Shown in pieces: positions 40,111-52,399 of a stretch of DNA of 64,000 nt. Made by a program: the position numbers and the translations under genes. Position 1 is the first letter of the stretch, and each line of letters begins with the position of its first letter. The notes below the pieces were generated by a model. It did no database searches, was not told the DNA's origin, and saw only the letters and a program-made list of their open reading frames with translations. The DNA lies in NCBI GenBank assembly GCA_976551045.1, contig CDPCPM010000239.1, positions 7,068,001 to 7,132,000 on the forward strand, written 5' to 3'. Source of the DNA: Glaucostegus cemiculus. Its lineage: Eukaryota.

Positions 40111-41149
40111 TATACTCTGACACTGTTATAGTGGGAAAAAGGGCAATCACAAATCCATGGGGTTCAATTGAGCTTGGATTTTATTTGGGCAATTACACAG
40201 TAAAAATAAATCTCAGTCAGCCCAGGAATTCCTCATGGATACAGAGTTCAGTACAAATTTCAAGTTCTTAGACTTTCCATGCTATATTTCACCACAGCCT
40301 CCAATGCCAACTTTGTCCAAGCCCACAGATAAAGTCATAGGGTTATACTGCACAGAAACAGACTCTTTGACCCACAGTGTTCATGTCAACCATTAAGTAC
40401 CCTATACACTTTTCTTATTTTTCCTCTTGCATCCCCATCAACTTTCCCCACACACTCCCCCTCATAATCATACTCCAACTATCCCACCAAAATCTCCTGC
40501 CACTAACCTAAAGCAGGGCCAACAAACCTACCAACATTTTTGGCATGAGGAATTTAAGCTCCCCAGGGAAGCCACATGACCACAGATATTATTTCAGTCA
40601 TGGCCTTGGCCCTTTTCATTCCCATTGTGGCCCAAATGTTCTGTCTAGCCTTTACTTCCCTTTATCTCCTCTCCTTGCAAAGCTGGGAATAATCTGTTGG
40701 TAGTTGAAAAGTCAGCTCTCCCAGAGCTACCATTTGGCCAAGTATCCAACCATGTTTAGTCGTAACTACAATGCACATGTCATTAACCTTAGTACAAGCC
40801 ATTGGTGGCCACTTCATTATGGAATTGTTCAGCTTACAAAGCTGTGGCCAAAGCCCATCCATAAAGCCATCACTCATAATGAGGTCCATTAATTGCTCAT
40901 GATTGCCACAAATCCAATTGAAGGAATCTCACTTGAAACATAAGATTCCCAACAATGCATCTGGCACCCAGAGTTCAATTTGAAGACTCCCATTCAAAGC
41001 AAAATTAGGTCTCATTCATCATCCAAAAATTGACTGCAGTAATGAAATGATATTTGTTGTCTCCTTCAAGCACAAATAATTGCTCTGTTGATTCAAATGA
41101 ATTTTAATATAAGCTGATAAAAATAAAACCTATACAAGAATTGAGGTCC

Positions 41150-41430
41150 CATTTTTTAAACTTATTTAGGATCTGATCATCACTGGGAGGTAAGAATTTA
41201 TTGGCTGCCTTTGAGAAGGAGGTGGTGAGCTGCCTTCTTGAATTGCTGCCGTCCTTGTTGTGATAAGTTTCCAAGTCATGATAGTGGGCAACTTGGAAAG
41301 GAACCTACAGTTGGTGGTGCTCCCATGCACCTAAAGCCCTTGTCTTTGCTGGCAGTGATCACAGGTTTGAGAATGCAAATATAAGAAGGTAACTACAGTG
41401 CACTTTGCAGGTAGAACACACCACACAGTG
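41150..41430 (-). mobile_element. L2-clade LINE 3' end
   Basis: CTTTGAGAAGGAGGTGGTGAGCTGCCTTCTTGAA is the reverse complement of the 3' end seen at 47.87 kb and 63.16 kb. Confidence 0.65.
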
Positions 41431-41576
41431 TTGGGGGCTATTATTTGTAGAATCACAGAGGATCTCTTGTTGGTGTCCTGACCAATATTAATCCCACCAA
41501 GATCATCACAAAAATAGATTGTCACCTTGCTCATTGTGGGATCATGCTATATACATTCTTAACATCATAGTAATGG

Positions 41577-42403
41577 TGTTACGAAACCAGCAACAAAAGA
41601 AGCACACCAAGTCTTACTTCAGTGTTAAAACTACTTTATTAATAACTACATCCGATAATATGCAAAATAAGAATAAAAAGTTAGTATATTAGTACACAAT
41701 AAAATGTTAAAATCTTAAACTATAACCCCAAAACTACTCGTTGTGTGTGTGCGGCAAGTTCCTAAACTCCAAGTCCAGGAATTGGTTCTTAAAGTTCAGT
41801 TCAGTAAGCCGTAAGATGACACGAATAAAGGCTTCTTCACAAGCACTGTCCACCGAAGACAAAACATAGATATAGAGAGAGATTAGAGAGGAATCACGAA
41901 ATCCGAATGTTCCACTCGGAACTCAAACGACACTTCAGGGCTTACTCGGTTGTGACTTTCTCACCCTGAAAACTCCTTGATCGTGACTGTCCATGCAAAT
42001 ACCTGTGTTCTTCTACAGGTTAGCAGCAAAGTGAATTCCGTCACTTTGTTCCACAGTATCTGCCACTCTGAAGAGCATCCAAAACGTGGTTGTTCACGCA
42101 AACACCTGTGTCCTTCTACAGGTTACCGACAAAGTGAACTCCACTGGACTACTCCAGAAATCCATCCACGGATTTTAGTGACAAACACAGTTACTGTCCT
42201 TCATCCATCGACAGAAACAAAACAGGCTGCCATCTCCTTCTTCTCTCTTTCCATCTGTCTGTCTCTCTCTCTCTCCTATCTTTTTTCTCTCTTGTAATGA
42301 CCTCATCACGTTAGTCTTATCTTCTGTTGACATAATACGTTGCACACACACACAATGTCCCATCTTAAAGGGATATTTGCCTATAGTAAGCTACTTCGTA
42401 ACA
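41577..42403 (-). mobile_element. solo LTR (827 bp) inserted in a Deu-SINE
   Basis: TGTTACGAA...TTCGTAACA termini (9-bp inverted, TG..CA); exact 4-bp TSD ATGG (41573-41576, 42404-42407); AATAAA on the minus strand near 41635; internal about 40-bp direct repeat (about 42001 and 42104). Confidence 0.88.
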
Positions 42404-42624
42404 ATGGCTTTACATTCAAACCACTTCTTTTGCTTTAAGGTGCTTTGTGTCATTATGAGATCATGTAAGACAAAAGAGGATTGTGAGCTTCTCTTTTTTT
42501 ATTCCTTCCTTCATAAAATTTTGATTCAACTTCACCCCCAACAAATAATCAGTTATTTGTGTGAGGCCACATTTCAAATATTGTGTTCAGTTATGGTTAC
42601 CCTGCTATAGGAAAGACATCACCT

Positions 42625-43025
42625 TGTCACAATGTTGATTGAAGAGCAAGATCACAGAGAACCCAAATGCAGCCCACTGGTACAAGACTGGAGTCAGGAT
42701 ACTTCCTCAGGACCAAACACATACAGCAACTGGAAGGAAATCTTGCCTCAGAGGTCTGAGTAGCAATCCCAACAGAAACTGAATCTTCAAGCAAGAATCA
42801 AGAACACAGGGCTGCTCTAGAGTAGAGCACTCTAAGCAGCAAGGAGCTGACATATACCCAAAGGTTGACCAATACTCTGGCCACTAGTGCTAGAGAAACC
42901 CAGGTACTTATGCTAGACCCCTGATGGGGCTCAGCATAATGCAATCAGTCCAGCATGGAATCCATTTGCTGTAAAACAAGGCATCTAAGGAGCCAAATCA
43001 AGGGCCAGTACTCAGAATCATGACA
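42625..43025. mobile_element. second solo LTR (401 bp) inserted in a CR1
   Basis: TGTCA...TGACA termini. It interrupts CR1 sequence that reads TATAGGAAAGACATCAC | TAAGCTGGAAAGAGTGCAG across the gap; imperfect TSD CACCT/CACT. Confidence 0.7.
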
Positions 43026-43520
43026 CACTAAGCTGGAAAGAGTGCAGAGGAGATTTACAAGGACATTGCCGGCACTCAAGGGACTGAGTGGCTGAGCGAG
43101 TTGGGACTTTTTTCATTGGAGTGTAGGAGACTGAGGGGTGATCTTATAGAGGTGTATAAAATCATGGGGGGATAGATAGGGTCAATGCGTACAGTCCTTT
43201 TCCCACGGTGGAGGAATCAAGAACTAGAGGGCATAGGTTTAAGAAGAGAGATTTAGTAGGAACCTGAAGGGCAACCTTTTCACCCATAGAGTGGTCAGTA
43301 GATGGAATGAGCTGCCAGAGGAAGTGGTTGATGCAGGTACATTAACAACATTTAAAAGGTACTTAGACAGGTACATAGATCAGAAAGGTTTAGAGGGATG
43401 TGTGCCAAACATGAGCAAATGGGATTAGTTTAGATGGAACTAGTTAAGATGGAAATCTTGGTTGGCATGGACAAGTTGGGTTGAAGGGTCCATTTCCATG
43501 CTGTATGATTCTATGACTCC
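43026..43520 (+). mobile_element. CR1 3' fragment (5' part at about 42555-42624)
   Basis: AAGCTGGAAAGAGTGCAGAGGAGATTTACAAGG..GAGACTGAGGGGTGATCTTATAGAGGTGTATAAA..CTGTATGATTCTATGACTC tail. Confidence 0.92.
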
Positions 43521-44829
43521 AAGACTCTAAAATCGGTTAAAGATTTATAAGAACCCAGAAAATGCAAGAGCTGGAAGTTCCTGGTGATTTTACCTCTGCT
43601 TGTGCTTCACATAACTGACTGAGATTCCTGCAGCTCATGTTGCTGGCCAGTAAAATGATTAAGAAATTGTAAGCAAAAGATTTGCTTTCATTCTTATAAA
43701 TAATCATCCAAGAAATGATAGCGATTACATTACAGCAACAAAATCTGGATCATGATTTACTGCTGGCTTGCTTGTGACTGACATTAATGTTTGTGGTTAT
43801 AAAATATATGACCAATTATTTATTTTAGTTACACTGTGTTATAGTTAATTAAAGCTCATTTCTGTCCGACCATTGACTTATATCACTATATTTATTCAAG
43901 GCTTTATATGGCATATAGTTATGATTGAAATAGTGAATATTTAATTTGATTACATTAAATCTAGTTATAGACTGGAAGATTTGAAATTGTAGCTGATATT
44001 TAGGCATTAGGGCTTTAGTTAAATAACTGGATTTTTGTTTTACAAATTTCTCCAAATCTCGACTTTTTTTTTTGTGGATATTGGTTACAGAAAGAAGTAC
44101 TTTATTCAGCCTGATCCAGAAGCCCATTTCTTTATAGTAGTCTGCCTATTTTTTTCATTATGTACTGGAATTTAATATTTGTAGGGAAGGGTGTGTGGTG
44201 AGTCAAAGTTAAATTGCTTTCTTTATATAACATGGGATTCCATGATTCTTCCCAAGGCTTGTCTATTCAATTTCCCTTGAAAATCAGAAATGGTGACTGT
44301 GATTGTCGGATATTTTCTTTCAGGCAGAAGGTGAAAGTATCGAAAATATATTTTCTGCAAATGTCATTTCTGCCTTTCCAATTTAGTTAAAAATGGGCAA
44401 ATACAGAAGTTGGCTGTTTCAAGTATTTCAGTCCCCTTTCTGATGTGATTGTCATGGTTTTATTTGGGTCTGAGTTTGCTTTAGTTTCTCTGTCCTGCTT
44501 AACATTCTGTTGAAGTGCTTTTTGATAAGTCACAGCAGCTGGAGAATAATTGGTGAAAAGCATCAAATTTAAGTGTATTCTTTTACTTCTGCCAGAGATG
44601 TAAACATTGTTCACATAGGGGACATGGTGTACGCATGACTGGTTGTCCCAAGTAGGTGATGGTGGATACTCTTCCTAAGCTACTGTAGTCTTGGTGATGA
44701 TGCTCCAGAAATGATCAAGCTACTCATCTCTCCAGGCCATACAACTATACGATATCTAGTCCCTGTATGTCATTAGAATTTAAATAGCCATCTTCTACAA
44801 TTGTCTCTCATCTGTTATATTGGAAGCAT

Positions 44830-45165
44830 ACCACATGGAGATTAACTCTACAGCCCAATGAGTCTGCACTGAGCATCAACCACTGAGTTACACTAATCCT
44901 ACTTTAATCCCATTTTTTATATTGCCCCTACATTCCCATCGACTCCCTCCAGATCCTATCACTCACTGACACACCGGTAGCAGGTAACACTGCGCCCAAT
45001 TAAACTATCAACCAGCACGTCCTTGGGATGTGGGAAAAATACAGAGCATCTGGGTGATACCCATGTGGTTACAGGGAGACCATACAAACTCCACACAGGC
45101 AGAACCCAAGGTCAGGATTCAGCCCAGGTCTCTGTTGCTGTGAGGCACTGGTGCCATTGTGCTAC
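44830..45165 (-). mobile_element. old V-SINE
   Basis: GGATGTGGGA..ACAGAGCATCTGG..ACCCATGTGGTTACAGGGAGA..TACAAACTCCACACAG, the reverse complement of the V domain and tRNA head. Confidence 0.7.
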
Positions 45166-46194
45166 TTTTGGAATTTTTTTTGCAATTCTTGATTAAAATA
45201 GAGCAGAATCCATAGACTACAAGTCAACCTCTTGGTACCTCAAGTATTTTGTTAAAATTTTCTTGTCAACTTTCCCAGATTATTTAAGTACCAGATGAAA
45301 TAGGCACAGAGCTCAACACAATGAAAAAAAAACCTTAAGAGTCATTCAAAGTGAATTCCCTAATTGAAATTTATTAAGCTTCATCTCTTTTCCTGAGCAC
45401 TGCTTAATGTTAATTAGCAGCAGTTTCACAGTGCCTACCTTCACATCCAAATAACTGCGCTGAACTCTCCTAGACTTATTACACTTAAGATTCATAAAGC
45501 CATTTGACTGAAGTAAAACTTTCATCCCGTCAGTTTGTCTCAGAGTGAGCCCAAGCCCTAGAGGGAAAAAGGCAACCTGCAGTGTCACCTACTCTTCTGC
45601 TAAAGTAATTAAAATGGGGCAGAAGCCAAATCTGCTTGAGGCATATTTTAGTACATGTTCCATACCTACTCTAAGTCTCATCACTTCCAAGATTTCCATT
45701 TAACTAATGAAGATAGACATCAAAATGGATGAGTCCATTCACAAAGGATCAAAACAGCAATCTCTCATTATATTAGAAATGAAATTGTGTCTTTTATGGA
45801 CGTAAGAAATGCCTGTCAATGTAGCTGAAGGTTATCTCTGCAATTGTAACAATCTCAGTCAGCAGTTATTCTTCATGTTGCTGAGATATTTCTATATAAA
45901 AGACCAGTTAATGATTTATAGCAGAACATATTATACTTTTAAGACTGCAAAAAAGAGCTTTGATGCTGTTTTGTTTTTATCTAAGCTTTCAACAAAATAC
46001 AAACTAATACGCCACAATTTTCATGGCTTCTGGCTAACTTGAAATTAAAATCAGAACTACAACCAACTTTGATGAAACAAATAAAATAGCCAGTCATCCA
46101 AAATAATCTGCTTGATTGCAGGTCATTGTTGAGTTAGATAATCTTTGGGTAATTACTGTGGACATCATTGAATAAACAGTAATAATCTCTAGAT

Positions 46195-46495
46195 GGCGAC
46201 GGCACGGTAGCATAGTGGTTAACATAACGCTTTACAGCATCAGCAACCTGGGTTCAAATCCAGCCACTGACTGTAAAGAGTTTGTATGTTCTCCCCATGT
46301 CTGCATGGGTTTCCTCTGGGTGCTCCAGTTTCCTCTCACATTCCAAAGATGTACAGGTTAGGAAGTTCTGGGCATGCTATGTTGGCGCCGGAAGCATGGC
46401 GACAATTGCGGGCTGCCCCCCAAAATCACTACGCAAAAGATGTATTTCACTGTGTGTTTCGATGTGCATGTGACTAATAAAGATCTTATCTTATC
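46195..46495 (+). mobile_element. V-SINE, second subfamily
   Basis: Same structure as 32520-32815; (CTTAT)n end. Confidence 0.92.
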
Positions 46496-47754
46496 CAGTT
46501 GGAAAAGACAATGTGGATCTTGGCCTCGGAGAGCTTTTACATCAGCTGTGATGCATCTTGGCTTATCCAAATGTGTGTGTGCAACTAAAGTTGCAAAGCT
46601 GCTCCAGATTAAGATCCAATTTTTTATTGCCTTCTCTAAAGGACCAGTATGACTGTGTTGGCATCCTTCTTAGTCAAGGAGATGGGGGTTGGAATTGTCC
46701 TTCTCAAGAGTCATGCAGGGAACACCAAATGCTTAGCCCCTTTATGCACAGGACAGATCTGAACAGAGTGTAGTGATGACCAAAGAAAAGGGATATGGGA
46801 AATTATAGAGTCATAGAGCAATACAGCACAGATCCAGGCCCTTCGGCCCACCGAGACCATGCTGACCATGGTGCCCACCCAGCTAGTCCCAATTTCCTGC
46901 GTTCAGCCCATATCTCTGCGAGCCCCACCTCTCCTTGAGCCTATCCATTCAAAATTCCTCACTTTCAAAGCATTTTGCTAAAATCTGAGCTCGTATTTGA
47001 GGGATGTATTAAGTCACATTTATTGATAAATTACCTTCCTGAATCTTCCTCGGTGGAAGCTCAACTCTATTGATCTGCACTGGACCTTTTAAGTTCGCAT
47101 TTCCCCAGCAGTCCAGTTGATTTTCCAACAGTCTGTGGTGAGAGATGCTGGAGATGGGTCTAGGCAGATCACACCATCAATCTTAGAGATTCTTTACAGA
47201 TGATCTCAGTGGAACCCACACTGTACAACCCTGTTTACCCTGACAGCACCTTCCTGTCCTGTGACCTACTATTTACAAGGTCAAAAGCAACACGTGCATA
47301 GGAAAGTCACGTTCTACATACTCCCCTCAAAAAATCCCACCTTGTGAATATATAAACATATGAATTAGGAGCAGAAGTAGGTCACACTTTCCCTCAAGCC
47401 TGGTCTGTCAGTTAATAAGATCATGGCTAATCTGATTTTAAATCAAGTCTGCATTCCTATCTATCCATGGGAACCTTCCCCACCCTCAGTTATCAAGGAT
47501 ATATCGAACTCTGTCCTAAGGATTTTCAGAATCCTTTCTTCCACTGTCCTTTAAGGAAGAGAGCCCCAAAGATCCACAATACTGAGAGAAAAAGAAGCAG
47601 TTACCTCATTTCTGCCTTAAATGGGTGCCCTCTTATTTATGAACTGTATCCCTTGGTTCTGGGTTCTCCTACCAGAGGAAATGCTCCAAATCAGTTGTTC
47701 AAGACCGATCCAGATCTTTTACTTTTCAATCAAACTGCCACCCCCTAACTCTTC

Positions 47755-48270
47755 TAAACCCTGGTAGACTTGGAAATAGATCACTGGCCCTTTATCAGCG
47801 TTGGACCTAAACCATGAACTCCCTACCCAAAAGCACAATGGGAGTACCTTCACCAGAAGGACTGTAACAGTTAAAGAGGGTGTCTCACCACTACCTTTTC
47901 TCAAGGGCAATTAATGGTGGAAAATAAGACAAGATATTTTTATTAGTCACATGTACAACAAAACACACAGCGAAATACATCTTTTGCGTAGAATGTGCTG
48001 GGGGCAGCCTGCAAGTGTCACCGTGCTTTCAACACCAACATGGCATGTCCACAACTTCCTAACCCGTATGTCTATGGAATGTGGGAGGAAACCGGAGCAC
48101 CCGGAGGAAACCCACGCAGACACGGGGAGAATGTACAAACTCCTTACAGGCAGCGGCGGGAATTGAACCTGGGTCACTGGTGCTGTAATAGTATTACGCT
48201 AACCGCTACACTACCGTGCCTGCCCAAAATGTCGGTCCAGCCAATGACACCCACATTCCAAAAATGAATA
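47755..48270 (+). mobile_element. L2-clade 3' end interrupted by a V-SINE
   Basis: GACTTGGAAATAGATC..CTCACCACTACCTTTTCTCAAGGGCAATTA | SINE | CCAGCCAATGACACCCACATTCC. Confidence 0.7.
47924..48225 (-). mobile_element. V-SINE, second subfamily
   Basis: Reverse complement of the 32.5/46.2 kb SINEs, including an intact V domain (GGGAGGAAACCGGAGCACCCGGAGGAAACCCACGCAGACACGGGGAGAA). Confidence 0.93.
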
Positions 48271-48559
48271 GAGAAAAGGTCACCTCACAATTTTCCATTC
48301 TCGACAGACAACAGAACTAAGAATTAATATCTTGCTGCTGATGTTCAAATGACTTGCATTAATTGAAGCAAATAGATTTGCAGCCCCAGAGGAAACATTA
48401 CAAAGCAACTATAGGTTGGAGAGTGGGTACAGTAGGAGTCTTCATCAGATCATCCTTTTTTTATCTTGGTCTTTATGTCTGTGCTCACCAAGACAAATTT
48501 GTTAACTGAGGACAAAACCTGAGAGCCTCGACCATTTTAATGACTGGAGTAAATTTATC

Positions 48560-49145
48560 AAGACACAAGAGACTGCGGATGCTGATCTTCGGAGGAAGAC
48601 ACAATCTGCTGGAGGAACTCAGTGGATTGAGCGGCATCTGTGGGAGGAGAGGAATTGTTGACGTTTTGGGTCAAAACCATGCATCAGGACTGAGAGTGGA
48701 GAGGGAAGAAAGCTGGTATAAAGAGGAGAGGGGGAGTAATAAGACAGGGGCCAGTAGGTGATTGGTGGACAGACGAAGGGTGAAGGATGATTGGCCGGTG
48801 GGGGCAGGAGGGGAGGGAGGGGTGGGCGGTGGCGGAGGGGGTGGATTTGGGAGACAGAGGCAGGTGGATGATCGGTGGAAAACAAAAAGAAAGAAAAGGC
48901 AGAAGGTACCAGGTGGGGGTAGGGCAGCTGTCTCCACATTCACCCTCCCTTCCCCCTACCTGGTTCCATCTGTCCACCATCCTGCTCCCTTCCTTTGCCA
49001 CCTATTACCTACTAGCCCTTGTCACACCCCTCCCCACCTCACCTTTATACTCCACTCTCAGTCCTGATCCTGGGTCTCGACAAATTCCTCCACTCCCCTT
49101 CCCTCCCACAGATTCTTCTCCTACTGAGATCCTCCAGCAGTTTGC
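48560..49145. mobile_element. PLE with inverted (head-to-head) pseudo-LTR arms
   Basis: About 48560-48930 is a minus-strand PLE end (hammerhead remnant 48655-48692); about 48940-49145 is a plus-strand copy of the same sequence (CTCCACTCTCAGTCCTGAT on both arms). Confidence 0.8.
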
Positions 49146-51054
49146 TGAAGTCAGTTTACAAATGATAACATAGCTCTGTCATAACCTCTCAAGGTTTAAT
49201 ATCTCCTGATGTTTCTTTGACTCAAAATATCCTTTTTTTCCCCCACAGATGCTGCCTGACCTATTGAGTGTTATTTCATTATTCTCTGTTTACTAACTTT
49301 AGAAATAGAAAAAACAGAAAATGCTGGAACCACTCAACATTTTCTGTTTTTATTTCAGATTTCCAGCATCTGTTTGTTTTAGTTTGTTTATTTACTTTTT
49401 ATTTCCTTACTTACAAGTTAATTCTAATGGAGAGACAATGACCTGGATTGTATTTTGCTATTAATCTACTTTATGTCCTAACCTCAATGATTTTTTTTTA
49501 AAGTCATCAGATTTGTGATTGTGTAGACCTGAGGCACTGGTCAAAAGCTGCCATGAAAAAGAAATGCTTGGGACATAAATGAAAGGCACAGGACCTGAGA
49601 GACAGCAGCAGCAGGCGTATGTGCTGAAGGATGAGTGATGGAGCCCATTGTGCATGGAGGCTGAAGACTCCGATGTTGTGTTTGCTAAACTGGAAATATG
49701 AGTTTCAGGAAAGGAATTCCAATATTCCTTCCCTAGAACTGTCTTTTATGTTTTTCTCATATGTTATAAATTTCAATTTTGTAATACTTCTTGACAGTTC
49801 TGTACATTGAGAGTTGTTGAAAAAGACCATAACTGGAGCAAGATCTGGTCAACAGCAGGTAATATTTTATGAAACACATTTTACAGATTCCAGTCAGAGA
49901 ATTCAGTTGCTTGGGGGAAACTGAATGCAGCCAGAATTCAGAATTACACACCATCTGTTGGGGATGGACACAGATTGGATTTTTCACGCTGTGTCTTGAT
50001 TTTTATATTGATTATTATTTCTAATGGGAAAGGTAAAAATCCAATCATATTGAGCAGAGGTTTCAGGCTGGGATCTACACAGGTATTTGTGAAATGTATC
50101 TCCTTTTGCGTCAAATCAAATTTATCCCTTAATTTAGTTTCCTTGTGAATTCTGAATTCTATACACTTTGTTATATGTGCTGACATTTTTTTTGCTTTCT
50201 TGCTTGTAACTTCTGTTACTAATAGGATGTATCTTCTGAAACAGAATCAATTTCTTTTAAGGGTATACCATCTTCCTGAAGTTAGAGTACTTGACTCAGT
50301 GTCAGTACTGGAGGAATAATGTTCAATAGTAAATTCCATATTCCATGTTGCTAATCCTCAGGAGCAGATATCACTGTCAATTTTGTCTTTTATTGCCAAT
50401 CTAGTTTTACTGAGAAGATCATGGTGGACCACCTGCTTGAAAGCAGATCGATTCAATCAGATCTTTGATACAAGCCACATATAGGCTAGATCGAGTAAGT
50501 CTGCAGGTTTACTTAAGATCAATTCTGACCCTGTTGCTCACTTTTACAGATGCACTTTTTACATTTCCAAATTTAAAAAAAAGAGTCTGAATAAAAATTA
50601 ACAAGAAATTAAGTCTCAAATTGAATTTATACTTCGGGATTTCCAATCCAGATTTCAACATAGGTGGCCCAGCATCAAGATCTCTACCTAGTACTGTAAG
50701 GTGTTATTTAATTCAGGGGCAACTTCAGCATAATTAATGTTTGAGATTTTACCAAGAAATTTAAATCCCAGGGGAATGTTGTTGAAGGGTGTGATTTTAG
50801 TGAGTGCCACTGAGTCAACTGTTGTGGTTGAGAAGAGGGGACAGGGAGAGACTGGCGATTCAAAGATCAGGTGCCATAGTCGGTCACACAGCCAGGCAGC
50901 CAAGGTTCTAACATTGAGACAACACCCTCAGAAAGCACTGGAGTCATGCTTACTGTAACTCAGGTCAACCAGTGTGGTTGTAACCGCCGTTAATGACACT
51001 CATTGGAGACTTGAGAAAACAATCGGTCACTGACACTACAAGAGCAGCAATACA

Positions 51055-51850
51055 AACATAAGAACAGAAGAAATAGATGTTGGAGTAGGCCCCTTTAAGC
51101 CTGCCCCGCTTTGTATTGAAATCTTCTACCTCAGTGTAATTTTCCTTCACTGGATCTGTATTCTGTGATTCCTTTGGTATTCAGAAATCTTTTGATCTCT
51201 GATTTGAATGAACTCAGCAACTAAACCTCCACAGCCCTCCAGAGTTGAGAAATTCAAAGATTCTCCACCATCTTTCTCCTCTTCTTGGCCCTAAATCGCC
51301 GACCTATTATTCCAAAATTGATACCTTGTTCTAGACTTCTTAACCTGGAGAAACATCATTCCTGCATCTTGCCTGATAAGCCCTATGAGAACATTATAAT
51401 TTCAATTCAGGCCTAGTCTACTTAATCCATCCTCATTCTATAAACTCGACATCCCAGAAATTAGTCTGGTGAATTCTCACTGCACTTCCTCCAAAGAAAG
51501 TTCACCCTTTTTTAGGTAAGGAGGCCAAAATGGCACATGATACTCCATGTGTGATCTCATAAAGGCCATATATAATTGCAGGAGTACATCTGTGTTCAAA
51601 TCATATTGCAATAAAGGCTAACATACCATCTGCCTTCCTAATCACTTACAACACATGGTGTCCTTTCCTGACATCCAGGTACCTCCGAGAAGCTAATCTT
51701 TCACCATTTAAAGAATTCTTTGCCTTTCTCTTCAGAATATCACATTTTTCCATATTTTATGTGCCATGTTCTTGCTCACTCAGCTTGTCTACATTCCCTT
51801 GTATTTTCTTTACATTCTATACTCACAATCATATTGAGTTTTGCATTATC
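51055..51850 (-). mobile_element. old CR1 3' fragment
   Basis: AACATAAGAACAGAAGAAATAG tail; AGTCTGGTGAA..CTGCAC; TAAAGGCTAACATACCATCTGCCTTCCTAAT (KKA.GMLAFI on the minus strand). Confidence 0.8.
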
Positions 51851-51900
51851 AACAAACATGAAAATATGACATTTGCTGCCTCAGGAAAATTATTGAAACA

Positions 51901-52188
51901 GGTGCAACAGTTAGCGTAACACTATTATAGCGCCAGCGACCTGGGTTCAATTCCGGCCACTGTCTGTAAGGAGTTTGTATGTTCTCCCCGTGTCTGCCTG
52001 GGTTTCCTCTGGGTGCTCCAGTTTCCTCCCACATTCCAAACTCGTATGGGTTAGGAGCTGTGGGCATGCTATGTTGGCACAGGAAGCATGGCAACACTTG
52101 CGGGCTGTTCCTAGAACACTCTACGCAAAAGATGCATTTCACTGTGTGTTTCGATGTACATATGACTAATAAAGATATTTTATCTTAT
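51901..52188 (+). mobile_element. V-SINE, second subfamily
   Basis: Same head, V domain and tail as the 32.5 and 46.2 kb copies. Confidence 0.92.
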
Positions 52189-52237
52189 ATCCAGGGCCCA
52201 AGCACCAATCACAACAATACCCCTGTCAGCCTACGAA

Positions 52238-52395
52238 AGAACACAAGGGACAGAGAATGCTGGAATCTGGAACAAACAAACGACCTTCTGGAGGAACTCA
52301 GCAGGTCAGGCAGCATCTGCAGAGGGAAATGGACAGCCGATGTTTTGGGTCGAAACCTTTCATCTGATGCCACCTGACCTGCTGAGTTCATCAAG
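52238..52395 (-). mobile_element. PLE terminus with hammerhead remnant and short inverted arm
   Basis: Minus strand 52366-52334 reads CAGATGA-AAGGTTTCGACCC-AAAAC-ATC-GGCTG, then the PLE tail; flips to the plus strand at about 52366. Confidence 0.75.
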
Positions 52396-52399
52396 TGGG

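Noticed and set aside
48619-49173. Stack of Pro- and Gly-rich ORFs
   Set aside because: They arise from the low-complexity inverted PLE arms.
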